Assembly: GCA_964466745.1 (NCBI GenBank)
Contig: CAYXOX010000003.1
Coordinates: forward strand, 6,193-70,192
Length of the DNA stretch: 64,000 nucleotides
Source: an uncultured Rhodobacterales bacterium
Lineage (GTDB): Bacteria; Pseudomonadota; Alphaproteobacteria; Rhodobacterales; Rhodobacteraceae
Direction of reading: 5' to 3'
In this document: one piece after another, positions 1 to 9,773 of the stretch
Position numbering within the stretch: position 1 is the first letter of the stretch
How the letters are laid out: every line of letters starts with the position of its first letter
Translations under genes and position numbers: made by a program
Notes under the pieces: model-generated
What the model was told of the DNA's origin: nothing
What the model saw: only the letters and a program-made list of their open reading frames with translations
The model's database searches: none

Positions 1-147
1 CTCGAGAACACCCACCCTCCCACCAAGAAGGAAGGCAAGCACATCTCGGCCGAGGACGCCGCGCTGGGCCACCGGCTCGCCTGCCAGACCACCATCACCG
101 GCCCGGTGAAGGTGAGCTGGATCCCGCTCGACCAGCGCAGGAAGTAG
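1..147 (+). CDS. C-terminal fragment of a [2Fe-2S] ferredoxin-type domain protein (5' end outside window)
   Basis: The frame is open from base 1 to TAG 145-147 and translates LENTHPPTKKEGKHISAEDAALGHRLACQTTITGPVKVSWIPLDQRRK. RLACQ near the C-terminus resembles the last-Cys motif of plant-type 2Fe-2S ferredoxin folds. Confidence 0.5.
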   Translation, partial: LENTHPPTKKEGKHISAEDAALGHRLACQTTITGPVKVSWIPLDQRRK

Positions 148-187
148 CCAGCCGCCCCGGGCGTGGCAGGCGCCGCCCGCCTTGGAT

Positions 188-208
188 GCGAGGGGCGCTG
201 CCCCTCGC
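188..208. terminator. Perfect 9-bp stem / 3-nt loop hairpin between convergent genes
   Basis: GCGAGGGGC-gct-GCCCCTCGC read directly. It lies between the stop of the ferredoxin fragment (147) and the stop of the minus-strand SDR (279). There is no clear U-tract. Confidence 0.35.
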
Positions 209-278
209 GCTCCCCGAGGTATTTCGCGGCCAAAGTGGGGGGCGGAGGGGCCGCTTCGGAGCCGGGGGCCGCGGCCGG

Positions 279-1013
279 TCAGGCGGCGCGGATCATCCCG
301 CCGTCGAGCTTGAGCACGTTGCCTGTGAGATAGCTCGCCGCGGGCGAACACAGGAAGGCCACCGCCTGCGCCACCTCCTCCACCGTGCCGTAGCGGCTCA
401 TCGGGATGCGCTCCCGGCGGCCCGGCTTTTCCGGCAGGCTGTCGATGAAGCCGGGCACCACGGTGTTGATCCGGATGCCGTGCGCGGCTTCCTCGTCGGC
501 CAGCATCTTGGTGAAGCCGAGCAGGCCCGCGCGGACCACGGCCGAGGTGGCAAAGGTGGTGTCGGGTTCGAGCGCGGCGAAGGAGGACATCACCACCACC
601 GAGCCCCCGCCCGCCTCGCGCATCGCCGGCACCACCTTGCGCAGGAGGCGCACCGCGGAGAGGAACATCAGCTCGAAGGCCTGCGTCCACTCGGCGTCGG
701 TGAGCTCGAGGAGCGCGCCCTTCGGGGGGTGGCCGGCGTTGATGACCAGCGCGTCGATCCGGCCCCAGCGCTCGAGCGCGCCCGCCACCAGCGCGTCGGT
801 ATCGGCCGGTTCGGTGAGCGAGCCGGTGACGCCGAAGCCCCCGAGCTCCCGGGCCAGCTCTTCGGCGCCGCCCGACGGCGAAAGCGTGCCCAGCCGGTAG
901 CCCCGGGCAGCGAGCTCCCGCGCGATGCCCGCGCCCATGCCCTTGCCGGCGGCGGTGACGAGGGCGACGGGCGCGCCGGATGAAGCGGCCGCGGCTGTGT
1001 GGGACAAGGTCAT
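279..1013 (-). CDS. Short-chain dehydrogenase/reductase (SDR) family oxidoreductase
   Basis: ORF 279..1121(-) is trimmed to ATG 1013, which is preceded by AAGGAG. It has an N-terminal VALVTAAGKGMGAGIA dinucleotide-binding motif, INAG, and C-terminal ASYLTGNVLKLDGG typical of SDRs. The usual YxxxK appears degenerate (TSAVVR). Confidence 0.88.
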   Translation of the reverse strand: MTLSHTAAAASSGAPVALVTAAGKGMGAGIARELAARGYRLGTLSPSGGAEELARELGGFGVTGSLTEPADTDALVAGALERWGRIDALVINAGHPPKGALLELTDAEWTQAFELMFLSAVRLLRKVVPAMREAGGGSVVVMSSFAALEPDTTFATSAVVRAGLLGFTKMLADEEAAHGIRINTVVPGFIDSLPEKPGRRERIPMSRYGTVEEVAQAVAFLCSPAASYLTGNVLKLDGGMIRAA

Positions 1014-1075
1014 TTCGGAACTCCTTCTGGGTGGGTATGCGGGATGGGAGCGCCCTCCGGCGCGGGAGGACGGCG

Positions 1076-1897
1076 TCAGGCCAGTGCGGACACGGCGGCC
1101 GAAGGCGCGGGCGGGCCCCATGCCGCTCCGGCGGTGGCCTCGGGCACCTCACCGACCAGCGCCCGGATCAGCAGCAGCGCCGCGGCCGCGGCACAGAGTA
1201 CCAGCATCGCCGGGCGCATCCAGCCGCCGTCCATGTAGCGCGTCAGGGGCCGGGAGAGCCAGGTGCCGATCAACAGCGCCGGCAGCAGCTTGAGGCTGAG
1301 CAGCAGATCGCCCCAGGTGAAGGCGCCGAAGAGCGCCAGCGACAGGATGGACACGAGCCCGCCGACCACGAGGAAGGCCGACATGTTGGCCCGCACCTCG
1401 GCTCCCGGCGAGTGCTGGTAGACGATCGCCATGGGCGGCGTGCCCACGGAGGTGATGGTGCCCATGTAGCCGGAGGCGAAGCCGGCACCGAAGAGGCTGC
1501 GCCGCGTGGGCGCGAAGCGCAGCCCGGTGAGGCTCAGCACCACCGCCATCAGCACCAGCACGCCGAAGACGAGCAGGAACATGCGCGGCGAAAGCAGGCT
1601 CGCCGTGAGCCCCCCGAGGAGCGAGGCGGGGATCCGCCCGGCCAGCGCGTAACCGAGGTTGCCGAAGCGGAAATCGCGCCGGTCGCGCACCGCCACGATG
1701 GCGGAGGTGGTGACGGCGAGCACGAGCAGCGGGCCCGGCACGAGGCTGGGATCGAGAATCGCGAGAATCGGCGCCGAGACGATCCCGAAGCCCACCCCGA
1801 TGGAGGCCTGGGCGACTGCCGCGAGCACGATCACCACGAAGGCGATGGCGAACACGCTCCAGTCCAGCGCGGCGAAATGCGCAGCCAGGGCACTCAC
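1076..1897 (-). CDS. TauE/SafE (DUF81) family anion/sulfite exporter-like membrane protein
   Basis: Polytopic hydrophobic protein with two similar halves (GVGFGIVSAPILA... and GFASGYMGTITSVGTPPMAIV...). The GTG at 1897 was chosen because the upstream part of ORF 1076..2176 is Arg/Pro-rich and non-protein-like. The start is uncertain. Confidence 0.78.
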   Translation of the reverse strand: MSALAAHFAALDWSVFAIAFVVIVLAAVAQASIGVGFGIVSAPILAILDPSLVPGPLLVLAVTTSAIVAVRDRRDFRFGNLGYALAGRIPASLLGGLTASLLSPRMFLLVFGVLVLMAVVLSLTGLRFAPTRRSLFGAGFASGYMGTITSVGTPPMAIVYQHSPGAEVRANMSAFLVVGGLVSILSLALFGAFTWGDLLLSLKLLPALLIGTWLSRPLTRYMDGGWMRPAMLVLCAAAAALLLIRALVGEVPEATAGAAWGPPAPSAAVSALA

Positions 1898-2315
1898 GGG
1901 CGCGGCCCGGGCACGGCGAGAATGCGGTGAGCGGTCATGGTTCGGTCCGGTCCCCTCGCCGCCCAGCCGCGGCGCGCATTGTATACCCTTTGGGCGTTCC
2001 ACTGTCCATGGAGCCCGCTCGCACAGAGGGGGCGGAACGGCCGGAATCCGGCCGGCCTGCCGGCCGGAAGCAGCTTCAGCAGCGCCCCGAGAACATATTA
2101 AATAACTGTTTCCATTATTTTTTGATGGCGCCCGGACGCCCGCGCGCCCCTTTCGCGGAGACGGCCTGGCCGGCATCTCCGCCGGTGAGATAGAAAAATT
2201 CGGGCGCTTGACAGCTTCCCGCGCGGTATACCACTGTCGTGATGCCGCCGTGGGTCATGCCCGCGCCCGCGGCCTTAAAGAGACAGAACGAGACAGAACA
2301 GGGGGGCATCGCCAG

Positions 2316-3791
2316 ATGCTGATGAACAAGACCTTCACCGCCGCTGCCGTGGCCGCAGCGCTGGCGCTCGCCGCGCCGGCCTGGGCACAATCGGTTTCCA
2401 TTGCAATCGGTTCGGAGCCGACCACGCTCGATCCGCAGCTGCGCGACGACGGCGGCGAGCGCGCGATCAGCGACAACATCTACGAAACGCTCCTGCAGCG
2501 CGACGCGCAGGGTACGCTTTCGCCGCTGCTGGCGGCCGACATGCCCCGCCAGGTGGACGCCACCACCTGGGAGGTCGATCTCAAGAGCGGGATCTCCTTC
2601 ACCAACGGCGAGCCCTTCGATGCCGAGGCCGTGGCCTTCTCGGTGAACCGGATCATCGACCCGGAATTCAACTCCGAACAGGCGTCGTTCTTCGCCTCCA
2701 TCACCGGGGCCGAGGCCGTGGACGGCGATACCGTGCGCATCTCGACCAGCGGGCCCGACCCTATTCTGCCCGCGCGCCTCTACTGGATGAAGATGGTTCC
2801 CCCGGAGGCGAGCCAGAACGAGGATTTCGCCTCCAACCCGGTGGGCACCGGCCCCTACATGCTGGACGCCTGGAACCGCGGCACTTCCATCGAGCTGGTG
2901 GCCAACCCCGATTACTGGGGCGACGCGCCCGAGGTGAAGGAAGCCGAATTCCGCTTCATCGGCGAGTTCGGCACCCGGCTTTCGAGCCTTCTGTCCGGCG
3001 AGACCGATCTCATCACCAACCTTCTGCCCGAGTTCGTGGACCGGGTGCCGAACGCGGTTTCGGTGAGCGGGCTCGAACTGCCCATCATCATCCTCGACGT
3101 GGATGACGGCCCCACCGCCGACGTGCGCGTGCGCCAGGCGCTCAACCTCGCGGTCGACAAGCAGGCGCTGGCGGATTCGCTCTTCGCCGGCTTCGCCGAC
3201 GTCGCGCAGGGCCAGCTGATGGCGCCCAGCTTCTTCGGCTTCAATCCCGACATCGAGGGCTATGCCTACGATCCGGACCGGGCGCGCGAGCTGATTGCAG
3301 AGGCCGGTGCGGAAGGCGTGGAGATCGAGCTTGTCGGCACCGCGGGCCGGTGGCTCAAGGACCGCGAGATCATCGAGGTGGTCGCGGCCTACTGGTCGGA
3401 GATCGGCGTCGTTCCCAACGTGCGGATCTTCGAGTTCGGCGAGTACCTGAACCGTCTCTTCGACCCCGAAACCCGGGCCGACGCGATCTTCGTGGTCTCC
3501 TCCAACGAGCTTCTCGACGCGGACCGTGCGCTCTCGGGCTACTATCACATGGACGGCGTGGGCGCCTCGAACAACAACGAGGACATGGCCGCCAAGATCG
3601 TGGCCGCTCGTGCGGAGACCGACGTGGCCGCCCGCGAGGCGCTCTACCACGACGTGCTCAACACCGCCTTCGAAGACGCGTATTTCACGTTCCTGCTCAA
3701 CATCAACGACATCTACGGCACCTCCGACCGGCTTTCCTGGGAGCCGCGGGTGGATGCCAAGCTGCTCGTCAAGACCATGAGCGTGGAATAA
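2316..3791 (+). CDS. ABC transporter substrate-binding protein, family 5 (peptide/nickel/opine, DppA/OppA-like)
   Basis: Starts at ATG 2316 (or 2322) with signal peptide MLMNKTFTAAAVAAALALAAPAWAQ. About 490 aa, with family-5 features (IGSEPTTLDP, WNRGTSIELVANPDYWG). It is followed by two permease and two ATPase genes. Confidence 0.9.
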   Translation: MLMNKTFTAAAVAAALALAAPAWAQSVSIAIGSEPTTLDPQLRDDGGERAISDNIYETLLQRDAQGTLSPLLAADMPRQVDATTWEVDLKSGISFTNGEPFDAEAVAFSVNRIIDPEFNSEQASFFASITGAEAVDGDTVRISTSGPDPILPARLYWMKMVPPEASQNEDFASNPVGTGPYMLDAWNRGTSIELVANPDYWGDAPEVKEAEFRFIGEFGTRLSSLLSGETDLITNLLPEFVDRVPNAVSVSGLELPIIILDVDDGPTADVRVRQALNLAVDKQALADSLFAGFADVAQGQLMAPSFFGFNPDIEGYAYDPDRARELIAEAGAEGVEIELVGTAGRWLKDREIIEVVAAYWSEIGVVPNVRIFEFGEYLNRLFDPETRADAIFVVSSNELLDADRALSGYYHMDGVGASNNNEDMAAKIVAARAETDVAAREALYHDVLNTAFEDAYFTFLLNINDIYGTSDRLSWEPRVDAKLLVKTMSVE

Positions 3792-3930
3792 GCTACCGCG
3801 AACGCAAGTGCGGTGCCGGCGGCCTGCCGGCGCCGACTCACCGATCCGACTGGCACGGGCCCGGGGAAATTCCGGGCCCGCTGCTTCCGGGAAAACATCT
3901 ACAGCACGAGGACCGCGGCCCATGGGGCGC

Positions 3931-4842
3931 ATGGCAATCAAACGCACTGTTGACGGGTTGATCGTGATCATCGGCGTGGTGGTCGTCGTCTTCGTGATCA
4001 CCCGCCTGATCGGCGACCCGGTGGACGTGATGCTGCCGCTCGAAGCCACGCCCGAGCAGCGCGCCGCCTTCGAGGCGCAGCTGGGCCTCGACCGGCCCAT
4101 CGCCGTCCAGTTCGTCAATTACGTCTGGGATCTGACGCGGCTCGATTTCGGCAACTCGCTCTGGCTCGACAGGCCCGCCATGGAAGTTGTGTTCGAGCGC
4201 CTGCCGATCACGCTGCTTCTGGTTTTCGCGTCCATCGTTCTGGCCACGGTCGTGGCGATCCCGCTTGGCATCGTGGCAGCCCTCAACCCCGGCAGCCTGA
4301 TCGACCGGATCACGGTCATCATCAGCCTCGTTGCGCTCTCGCTCCCACAGTTCTGGCTGGGCCTCCTGCTGATCGTGCTGTTCTCCGTTTCGCTCGGATG
4401 GCTGCCGACGGGCGGCACCGGGAGTTTCGCCCATCTCGTGATGCCCGCCGTCACGCTCGCCCTGCCGGCGATGACCCGCATCGTCATGGTGGTGCGCTCG
4501 CAGATGATCGACGAGCTCAACGCGCAATACATCAAGACAACCGAAGCCAAGGGGCTTTCGGGCCTGCGGATCGTGGGCGTGCACGCGCTGCGCAACGCCG
4601 CAGTGCCCGTGCTTACCCTCGTTTCCTGGGAGTTCATACGAATCCTGTCGGGCTACACGGTGGTGGTGGAGACGGTCTTCGCCTGGCCCGGGCTGGGCCT
4701 CGTGGCGCTGCAGGCCATCGAGCGGCAGGACCTGGTGCTGCTTCAGGCGATCGTTTTCGTGATCGCCGTGATGGTGGTTGTCTTCAACCTCGTGGTGGAC
4801 GTCGCCTACAAGGCGATCGATCCGCGCATCAAGCTGGACTGA
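3931..4842 (+). CDS. Peptide-type ABC transporter permease (DppB/OppB-like)
   Basis: MAIKRTVDGLIVIIGVVVVVFVITRLIGDPVDVML is a typical DppB N-terminus, and an EAA-loop region is present (IKTTEAKGLSGLRIVGVHALRNA). ATG 3922 is an alternative start. Confidence 0.9.
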   Translation: MAIKRTVDGLIVIIGVVVVVFVITRLIGDPVDVMLPLEATPEQRAAFEAQLGLDRPIAVQFVNYVWDLTRLDFGNSLWLDRPAMEVVFERLPITLLLVFASIVLATVVAIPLGIVAALNPGSLIDRITVIISLVALSLPQFWLGLLLIVLFSVSLGWLPTGGTGSFAHLVMPAVTLALPAMTRIVMVVRSQMIDELNAQYIKTTEAKGLSGLRIVGVHALRNAAVPVLTLVSWEFIRILSGYTVVVETVFAWPGLGLVALQAIERQDLVLLQAIVFVIAVMVVVFNLVVDVAYKAIDPRIKLD

Positions 4843-4846
4843 GCCC

Positions 4847-5872
4847 ATGTCCGACACGACCGACACCGGCATCGATGGCCACGACACCACCCCGGCAGAG
4901 GCCGCAGCGCTCGCCGCCGCCCCGCAGCCGGGCCGGAACGCGGCACTCTTCCGCGAGCTGTGGTCCGACAAGCCGGCCTTCCTCGGCGTAACGGTGCTGA
5001 CGCTGATTCTCCTGATGGCGGTGTTCGCGCCGCTGCTCGCGCCCTACGATCCCGCGGCGCAATCGCTCATCAACCGGCTCAAGCCGCCGGTCTGGCAGGA
5101 CGGCGGCACCTGGGCCCATGTGCTCGGCACCGATCACCTGGGGCGCGACATGCTCAGCCGGCTCATCCACGGCAGCCGCATCTCGCTGATCGTGGGGGTA
5201 TCGGTGGTGGTGGTCGCGGGCGCCTTCGGCGTGGCCTTCGGGCTGGTCTCCGGCTATTTCGGCGGCCGGGTCGACGCGATCTGCATGCGCATCGTCGACA
5301 CGCTCATCGCCTTTCCGGGCCTGCTTCTTGCGCTCGTCATCCTCGCCGTGATCGGGCCCTCGATGACGACGGTGATCATCGTGCTCGCGCTCAACGGCTG
5401 GATGGTCTACGCGCGGATGACCCGCGGCATCGTTCTTTCCGTGCGCCAGCTTCCCTATGTCGATGCCGCCGAGATGGTGGGCATGGGCTTCGCGCGGGTC
5501 ATGGCGCGGCACATCCTGCCCAACCTCGCCTCGCCGCTGCTGACGCTCGGCATTCTCGAGTTCGCCCGCATCGTGCTGGCGGAAGCGGCGCTCAGCTTTC
5601 TCGGCCTCGGCATCCAGCCGCCGGCGACCTCCTGGGGGCTCGATGTGGCCAACGGGAAGGATTACCTCTTCATCGCGTGGTGGCTGGTGACCCTGCCGGG
5701 CCTTGCCATCGCCATCACGGTGCTCGCCATCAATCTCGTGGCCTCCTGGGCGCGCGTCACCTCCGACCCGCAGGAGCGCGAGAAGCGTTTCGCCCGCGCG
5801 GTCGCCGCGCGCCTGCGTCGCCGCAAGCCAGCCAAGGAGAGCGAGGCCCCCGCGCCCGCGCCCGCCGAATGA
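4847..5872 (+). CDS. Peptide-type ABC transporter permease (DppC/OppC-like)
   Basis: Starts 5 nt after the previous stop. Contains HVLGTDHLGRDMLSRLIHGSR, the conserved DppC periplasmic-loop motif, and multiple TM segments. Confidence 0.9.
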   Translation: MSDTTDTGIDGHDTTPAEAAALAAAPQPGRNAALFRELWSDKPAFLGVTVLTLILLMAVFAPLLAPYDPAAQSLINRLKPPVWQDGGTWAHVLGTDHLGRDMLSRLIHGSRISLIVGVSVVVVAGAFGVAFGLVSGYFGGRVDAICMRIVDTLIAFPGLLLALVILAVIGPSMTTVIIVLALNGWMVYARMTRGIVLSVRQLPYVDAAEMVGMGFARVMARHILPNLASPLLTLGILEFARIVLAEAALSFLGLGIQPPATSWGLDVANGKDYLFIAWWLVTLPGLAIAITVLAINLVASWARVTSDPQEREKRFARAVAARLRRRKPAKESEAPAPAPAE

Positions 5873-6891
5873 CCGACCAGCCCCTCCTCGAGATCGACAA
5901 CCTCAGCGTTCATTTCACCACCCGGCGCGGCACGGTCCAGGCGGTGCGCGGCGTTTCGCTCAGCATCGGCAAGGGCGAGACGCTGGGGCTCGTCGGCGAG
6001 AGCGGGTCGGGCAAGTCCGTCACCAGCCAGGCGGCCATGGGGCTCGTTCACGTGCCCGGCCAGATCGTGGGAGGAGACATCCGCTGGAAAGGCCGCTCGC
6101 TGCTCGGCGAGGAAGGCCGCGCCTACGCCCGCGCGGTGCGCGGCTGCCAGATGTCGATGATCTTCCAGGACGCGATGACCTCGCTCAACCCGCTGTTCAC
6201 CTGCGGCGCCCAGATCGTCGAGGTGCTGCGGCGCCACATGGGGCTGTCGAAGGCGGCGGCCCGCGCCCGCGCCCGCGACCTGCTCGATCTCGTCGGCATC
6301 AACGCGCCCGACAAGCGCCTCGACCAGTACCCGTTCGAGATGTCCGGAGGGATGCGGCAACGGGTGATGATCGCCATGTCGCTGGCCTGCGAGCCCGAAC
6401 TGCTCATCGCCGACGAGCCCACCACCGCGCTGGACGTGACCATCCAGGCCCAGATCCTCGAGCTTCTGGAGGATCTGCAGCAGAAGCTCGGCCTCTCGAT
6501 CATCATGATCACCCACGATCTCGGCGTGGTCGCCGGGCTCTGCCGCAGGGTTTCGGTGATGTACGGCGGCCAGATCGTCGAGGAAGGCGATGCCGATGCG
6601 CTCTTCGCCAACCCCGCGCATCCCTACACGATGGGGCTTCTGCGCTCCACGCCGCGGCTCGACGGCGGCACGACGCGGATGCTCGCCATCGATGGCCGCC
6701 CGCCCGACCTCGCCTTCCCGCCGCCGGGCTGCGCCTTCGCGCCGCGCTGCCCCGCGGTGCAAGCCGATTGCGGCAGCGATCCGACCATGGCCAGCGTCGC
6801 GCCCGGCCGTCGTGCGGCCTGTCACCACCCCTTCACCGGCCCCTGGGCGGCCGAGGGCGAGGCACGGAGGCTGGCCTATGGCGCTGAGTGA
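5869..6891 (+). CDS. Peptide-type ABC transporter ATP-binding protein (DppD/OppD-like)
   Basis: ATG 5869 overlaps the upstream stop (ATGA). Has Walker A GESGSGKS, signature SGGMRQR, Walker [13 protein letters not shown] and an oligopeptide-type C-terminal Cys-containing extension. Confidence 0.93.
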   Translation: MTDQPLLEIDNLSVHFTTRRGTVQAVRGVSLSIGKGETLGLVGESGSGKSVTSQAAMGLVHVPGQIVGGDIRWKGRSLLGEEGRAYARAVRGCQMSMIFQDAMTSLNPLFTCGAQIVEVLRRHMGLSKAAARARARDLLDLVGINAPDKRLDQYPFEMSGGMRQRVMIAMSLACEPELLIADEPTTALDVTIQAQILELLEDLQQKLGLSIIMITHDLGVVAGLCRRVSVMYGGQIVEEGDADALFANPAHPYTMGLLRSTPRLDGGTTRMLAIDGRPPDLAFPPPGCAFAPRCPAVQADCGSDPTMASVAPGRRAACHHPFTGPWAAEGEARRLAYGAE

Positions 6892-7894
6892 GGCCATCGC
6901 CCCCGTGGCACGGACGGCCGATCCTCTCGTCGAGGTGGACGGGCTGACGATCCGCTTTCCCGGCGGGCGCGCCGGGTTCTGGGGCCAGCGGGCGCTGCAG
7001 GTGCACGCCGTCGAGAACGTGAACCTCTCCATTGCGCCGGGCGAAACCCTCGGGCTCGTGGGCGAAAGCGGCTCGGGCAAGACGACGCTTGGACGGGCGA
7101 TCCTTCGGCGCGTGCCGGTGCACTCGGGGCGCATCCGCTTCGAGGGGCACGACATCACCGAGACGACGGGGCAGGAACTGCGGACCCTGCGCCGGCACAT
7201 GCAGCTCATCTTCCAGGATCCCTACGCGAGCCTGAACCCGCGGATGCGCGTGCTCGATCTCGTAGCGGAGCCGCTGATGGTGCACGGGCTGGTGCGCAAC
7301 CGCCGCGAAGCCGCCGAACAGGTGCGCGAGCTGCTGGACCTGGTGGGCCTGCCCACCGACACGCTCGACCGCTACGCCCACGCCTTTTCCGGCGGCCAGC
7401 GCCAGCGGATCGTGATCGCGCGCGCCCTGGCGCTGCGCCCGAACTTCATCGTGGCCGACGAGCCCGTCTCGGCGCTGGACGTGAGCGTCCGGGCCCAGGT
7501 GGTGAACCTCCTGCAGGATCTGCAGGCCGAGCTTGGGCTCACCTATCTCTTCATCGCCCACGACCTTTCGGTCGTGCAGCACATCTCCGACCGCATCGCG
7601 ATCATGTATGCCGGCTGCCTCGTGGAAATCGGCCCGACGGCGGCGATCTACGGCAGCCCCAAGCACCCCTATACCGAGGCGCTGCTCTCGGCCGTGCCGG
7701 TGCCCGACCCGGCCGTGGAGCGCAAGCGCAAGCGCATCGTCTACCAGGGCGAGGTGCCCAACCCGATGGATCCGCCGCCGGGCTGCAGGTTCCAGGGCCG
7801 CTGCCCGCTGGCAACCTCGCAGTGCCGCGAAGCCGCGCCGCCGCTGGAGCTGAAGGGCGACGGGCATTTCGCGGCCTGCTGGAACCGCTCGTGA
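6878..7894 (+). CDS. Peptide-type ABC transporter ATP-binding protein (DppF/OppF-like)
   Basis: ATG 6878 overlaps the end of the previous gene. Has Walker [10 protein letters not shown], signature SGGQRQR, Walker [13 protein letters not shown] and C-terminal [12 protein letters not shown]. Confidence 0.93.
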   Translation: MALSEAIAPVARTADPLVEVDGLTIRFPGGRAGFWGQRALQVHAVENVNLSIAPGETLGLVGESGSGKTTLGRAILRRVPVHSGRIRFEGHDITETTGQELRTLRRHMQLIFQDPYASLNPRMRVLDLVAEPLMVHGLVRNRREAAEQVRELLDLVGLPTDTLDRYAHAFSGGQRQRIVIARALALRPNFIVADEPVSALDVSVRAQVVNLLQDLQAELGLTYLFIAHDLSVVQHISDRIAIMYAGCLVEIGPTAAIYGSPKHPYTEALLSAVPVPDPAVERKRKRIVYQGEVPNPMDPPPGCRFQGRCPLATSQCREAAPPLELKGDGHFAACWNRS

Positions 7895-8060
7895 GGGCAC
7901 GGGCACAGCGGCTGGCGCCCCCCGGCGCCGCGCAGGCCGCTTCACGGCCATCGGCCCGCCGCGGTTCGGCCGAACGCTACCGCGCAGATCTTCCGGCGCC
8001 TTCCCGCCGAAGCACCGCCATATCCCCGCCGACGATCCTTCCGAAAGGAGCCTGCACGCC

Positions 8061-9008
8061 ATGACCGATTTCACCCCTGTCGTTACCGGCAGCTTCGTCG
8101 CCCTCATCACGCCGATGAACGGCGATTACAGCGTGGATTTCGAAGGGTTCTCCACCCTGCTCGACTTCCAGCGCGAGGCCGGAACCTCGGCCGTGCTCAT
8201 CATGGGCTCGTCCGGCGAGGTCACCATGCTCGCCCCCGAGGAGCGGCACGAGATCGTCCGGCGCACCATGGCCGCCAGGAAGAGCGGCATGCAGCACTGG
8301 TACGGCTGCACCGGCCCCACCACGGAGGCGACGATCGCCTATGTGAAACAGGCCGCGGCCGAGGGTGCGGACGGCGCGGTCGTGGCGGCGCCAAGCTACA
8401 TCTGCGCCCCCGAGGCCGACATCCTGCGCTTCTTTCTCGACGTGGCCGATGCCTCGCCCATTCCCATCGGCATCTACAACAATCCCCCGCGCGTGAAGAC
8501 CGATCTCGGCGTGGAGGCGATGCTGGAGCTGACCGCTCACCCCAACGTGGCGGTTCTGAAGGAAAGCACCTCCCGCGTGGGCCAGGTGGGGCGCGTCTGC
8601 GCTGCGAAGGCGCCCGTGGCGGTGATGTGCTGCTGCTCGCCCAACCTCGGGCTCGTCGTGCCCACCATGGCGCTCGGCGGCCACGGCACGGCGAACATGA
8701 CCGGCAACATCATCCCCCGCGAGATGGCGGAGATCTCCACGCCGTGGGGGGACGACGGCGCCCAGGCCCTGCGCTTCCGCGAGGCATATCTCGCCAATCT
8801 TCCGATGCTCCATTTCGTCTACTCGGCGATCAACCCGGTGCCCGTGAAGAGCCTGATGCGCGCGGTGGGCCTGCCGGCGGGCCCGCTGCGGCGCCCCCTG
8901 AGCGGGCTCGACCGGGAGGGCCTTGCCCGCGGGCTGCAGATCGTGCGCGAGCTCGACCTCGATGCGCGCTACGGCTACCGCACCGACCTCGCCCTGGCGG
9001 CCGAGTGA
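8061..9008 (+). CDS. Dihydrodipicolinate synthase / N-acetylneuraminate lyase family (class I aldolase/lyase)
   Basis: AAAGGAG RBS precedes ATG 8061. Family motifs are present: GSSGEVTML (GTTGE-like), IGIYNNPPR (Tyr) and VAVLKES (Schiff-base Lys). Confidence 0.9.
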   Translation: MTDFTPVVTGSFVALITPMNGDYSVDFEGFSTLLDFQREAGTSAVLIMGSSGEVTMLAPEERHEIVRRTMAARKSGMQHWYGCTGPTTEATIAYVKQAAAEGADGAVVAAPSYICAPEADILRFFLDVADASPIPIGIYNNPPRVKTDLGVEAMLELTAHPNVAVLKESTSRVGQVGRVCAAKAPVAVMCCCSPNLGLVVPTMALGGHGTANMTGNIIPREMAEISTPWGDDGAQALRFREAYLANLPMLHFVYSAINPVPVKSLMRAVGLPAGPLRRPLSGLDREGLARGLQIVRELDLDARYGYRTDLALAAE

Positions 9009-9763
9009 CTCAGTTGGATCGCGTCGTCCTCATCACGGGTGCTGCCAGCGGCATCGGCGCTGCGACGGCGCTCAAGCTCGCGGGCCCCGGCACCGCGCTG
9101 CTCCTCACCACCCGCGCCAACTCCGACGGGCTGGAGAACACCGCCGCCGCCGCGCGCGAGGCCGGGGCGGCCGCCGAAACGGCGCTTTTCGATCTCGCCG
9201 AAACAGGCGCGGTCGACGCGCTCGTCGCGCAGGCGCGGGGGAGATTCGGGCGAATCGACCAGATCGTGTGCAATGCGGGACGGGCACTGAAATCCCAGTT
9301 CGGCGATTTCGGACGAGCCGAGATCGCACAGGCGATGGACATCAACACCATGCCCTTCGTCGAGCTGGTAACCGCAACCCGCGCGGATCTCGAAACCTCG
9401 AGCTGGGGCCGCGTGGTGGCGATAAGCAGCTTCGTGACGAACGATATCGGCATCAACGGGACGATCTTTCCCGTCACCGCGGCTTCGAAGGCTGCCCTCG
9501 AGGCCCTCGCGAAGACCCTCGCCTTCCAGCTGGCACCGACCGGCTGCACGGTGAACTGCGTGGCTCCGGGCTACACGCGGAAGGTGGGCGGGCACGCCGC
9601 TCTCCCCCTTGCCGCCTGGGAGGCTGCCGCCAAGGCGACTCCCTCGGGGCGCATCGCCGAACCCTCCGACATCGCGGCCGCCGTCGGCTTCCTGCTGTCG
9701 CGCGAGGCCGGCCACGTGACCGGGCAGATCCTGCGCGTTGACGGCGGGCTTTCCCTGCTCTGA
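9005..9763 (+). CDS. SDR family oxidoreductase
   Basis: GTG 9005 overlaps the upstream TGA (GTGA). Has VVLITGAASGIGAATA, NAG and C-terminal GHVTGQILRVDGG. Confidence 0.85.
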   Translation: MTQLDRVVLITGAASGIGAATALKLAGPGTALLLTTRANSDGLENTAAAAREAGAAAETALFDLAETGAVDALVAQARGRFGRIDQIVCNAGRALKSQFGDFGRAEIAQAMDINTMPFVELVTATRADLETSSWGRVVAISSFVTNDIGINGTIFPVTAASKAALEALAKTLAFQLAPTGCTVNCVAPGYTRKVGGHAALPLAAWEAAAKATPSGRIAEPSDIAAAVGFLLSREAGHVTGQILRVDGGLSLL

Positions 9764-9773
9764 GGCGCGCGGC

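Noticed and set aside
186-983. 265-aa plus-strand ORF and 164-aa ORF 406..900
   Set aside because: Both are antisense to the SDR gene at 279..1013, which has clear SDR motifs and an AAGGAG RBS. Their translations are low-complexity.
2206-2236. Sigma-70-like promoter (TTGACA at 2208-2213, TATACC downstream) for the peptide ABC operon
   Set aside because: The spacing between the two hexamers is only about 13 nt, too short for a canonical -35/-10 pair. Alternative -10 choices are poor, so I cannot support it without transcript data.
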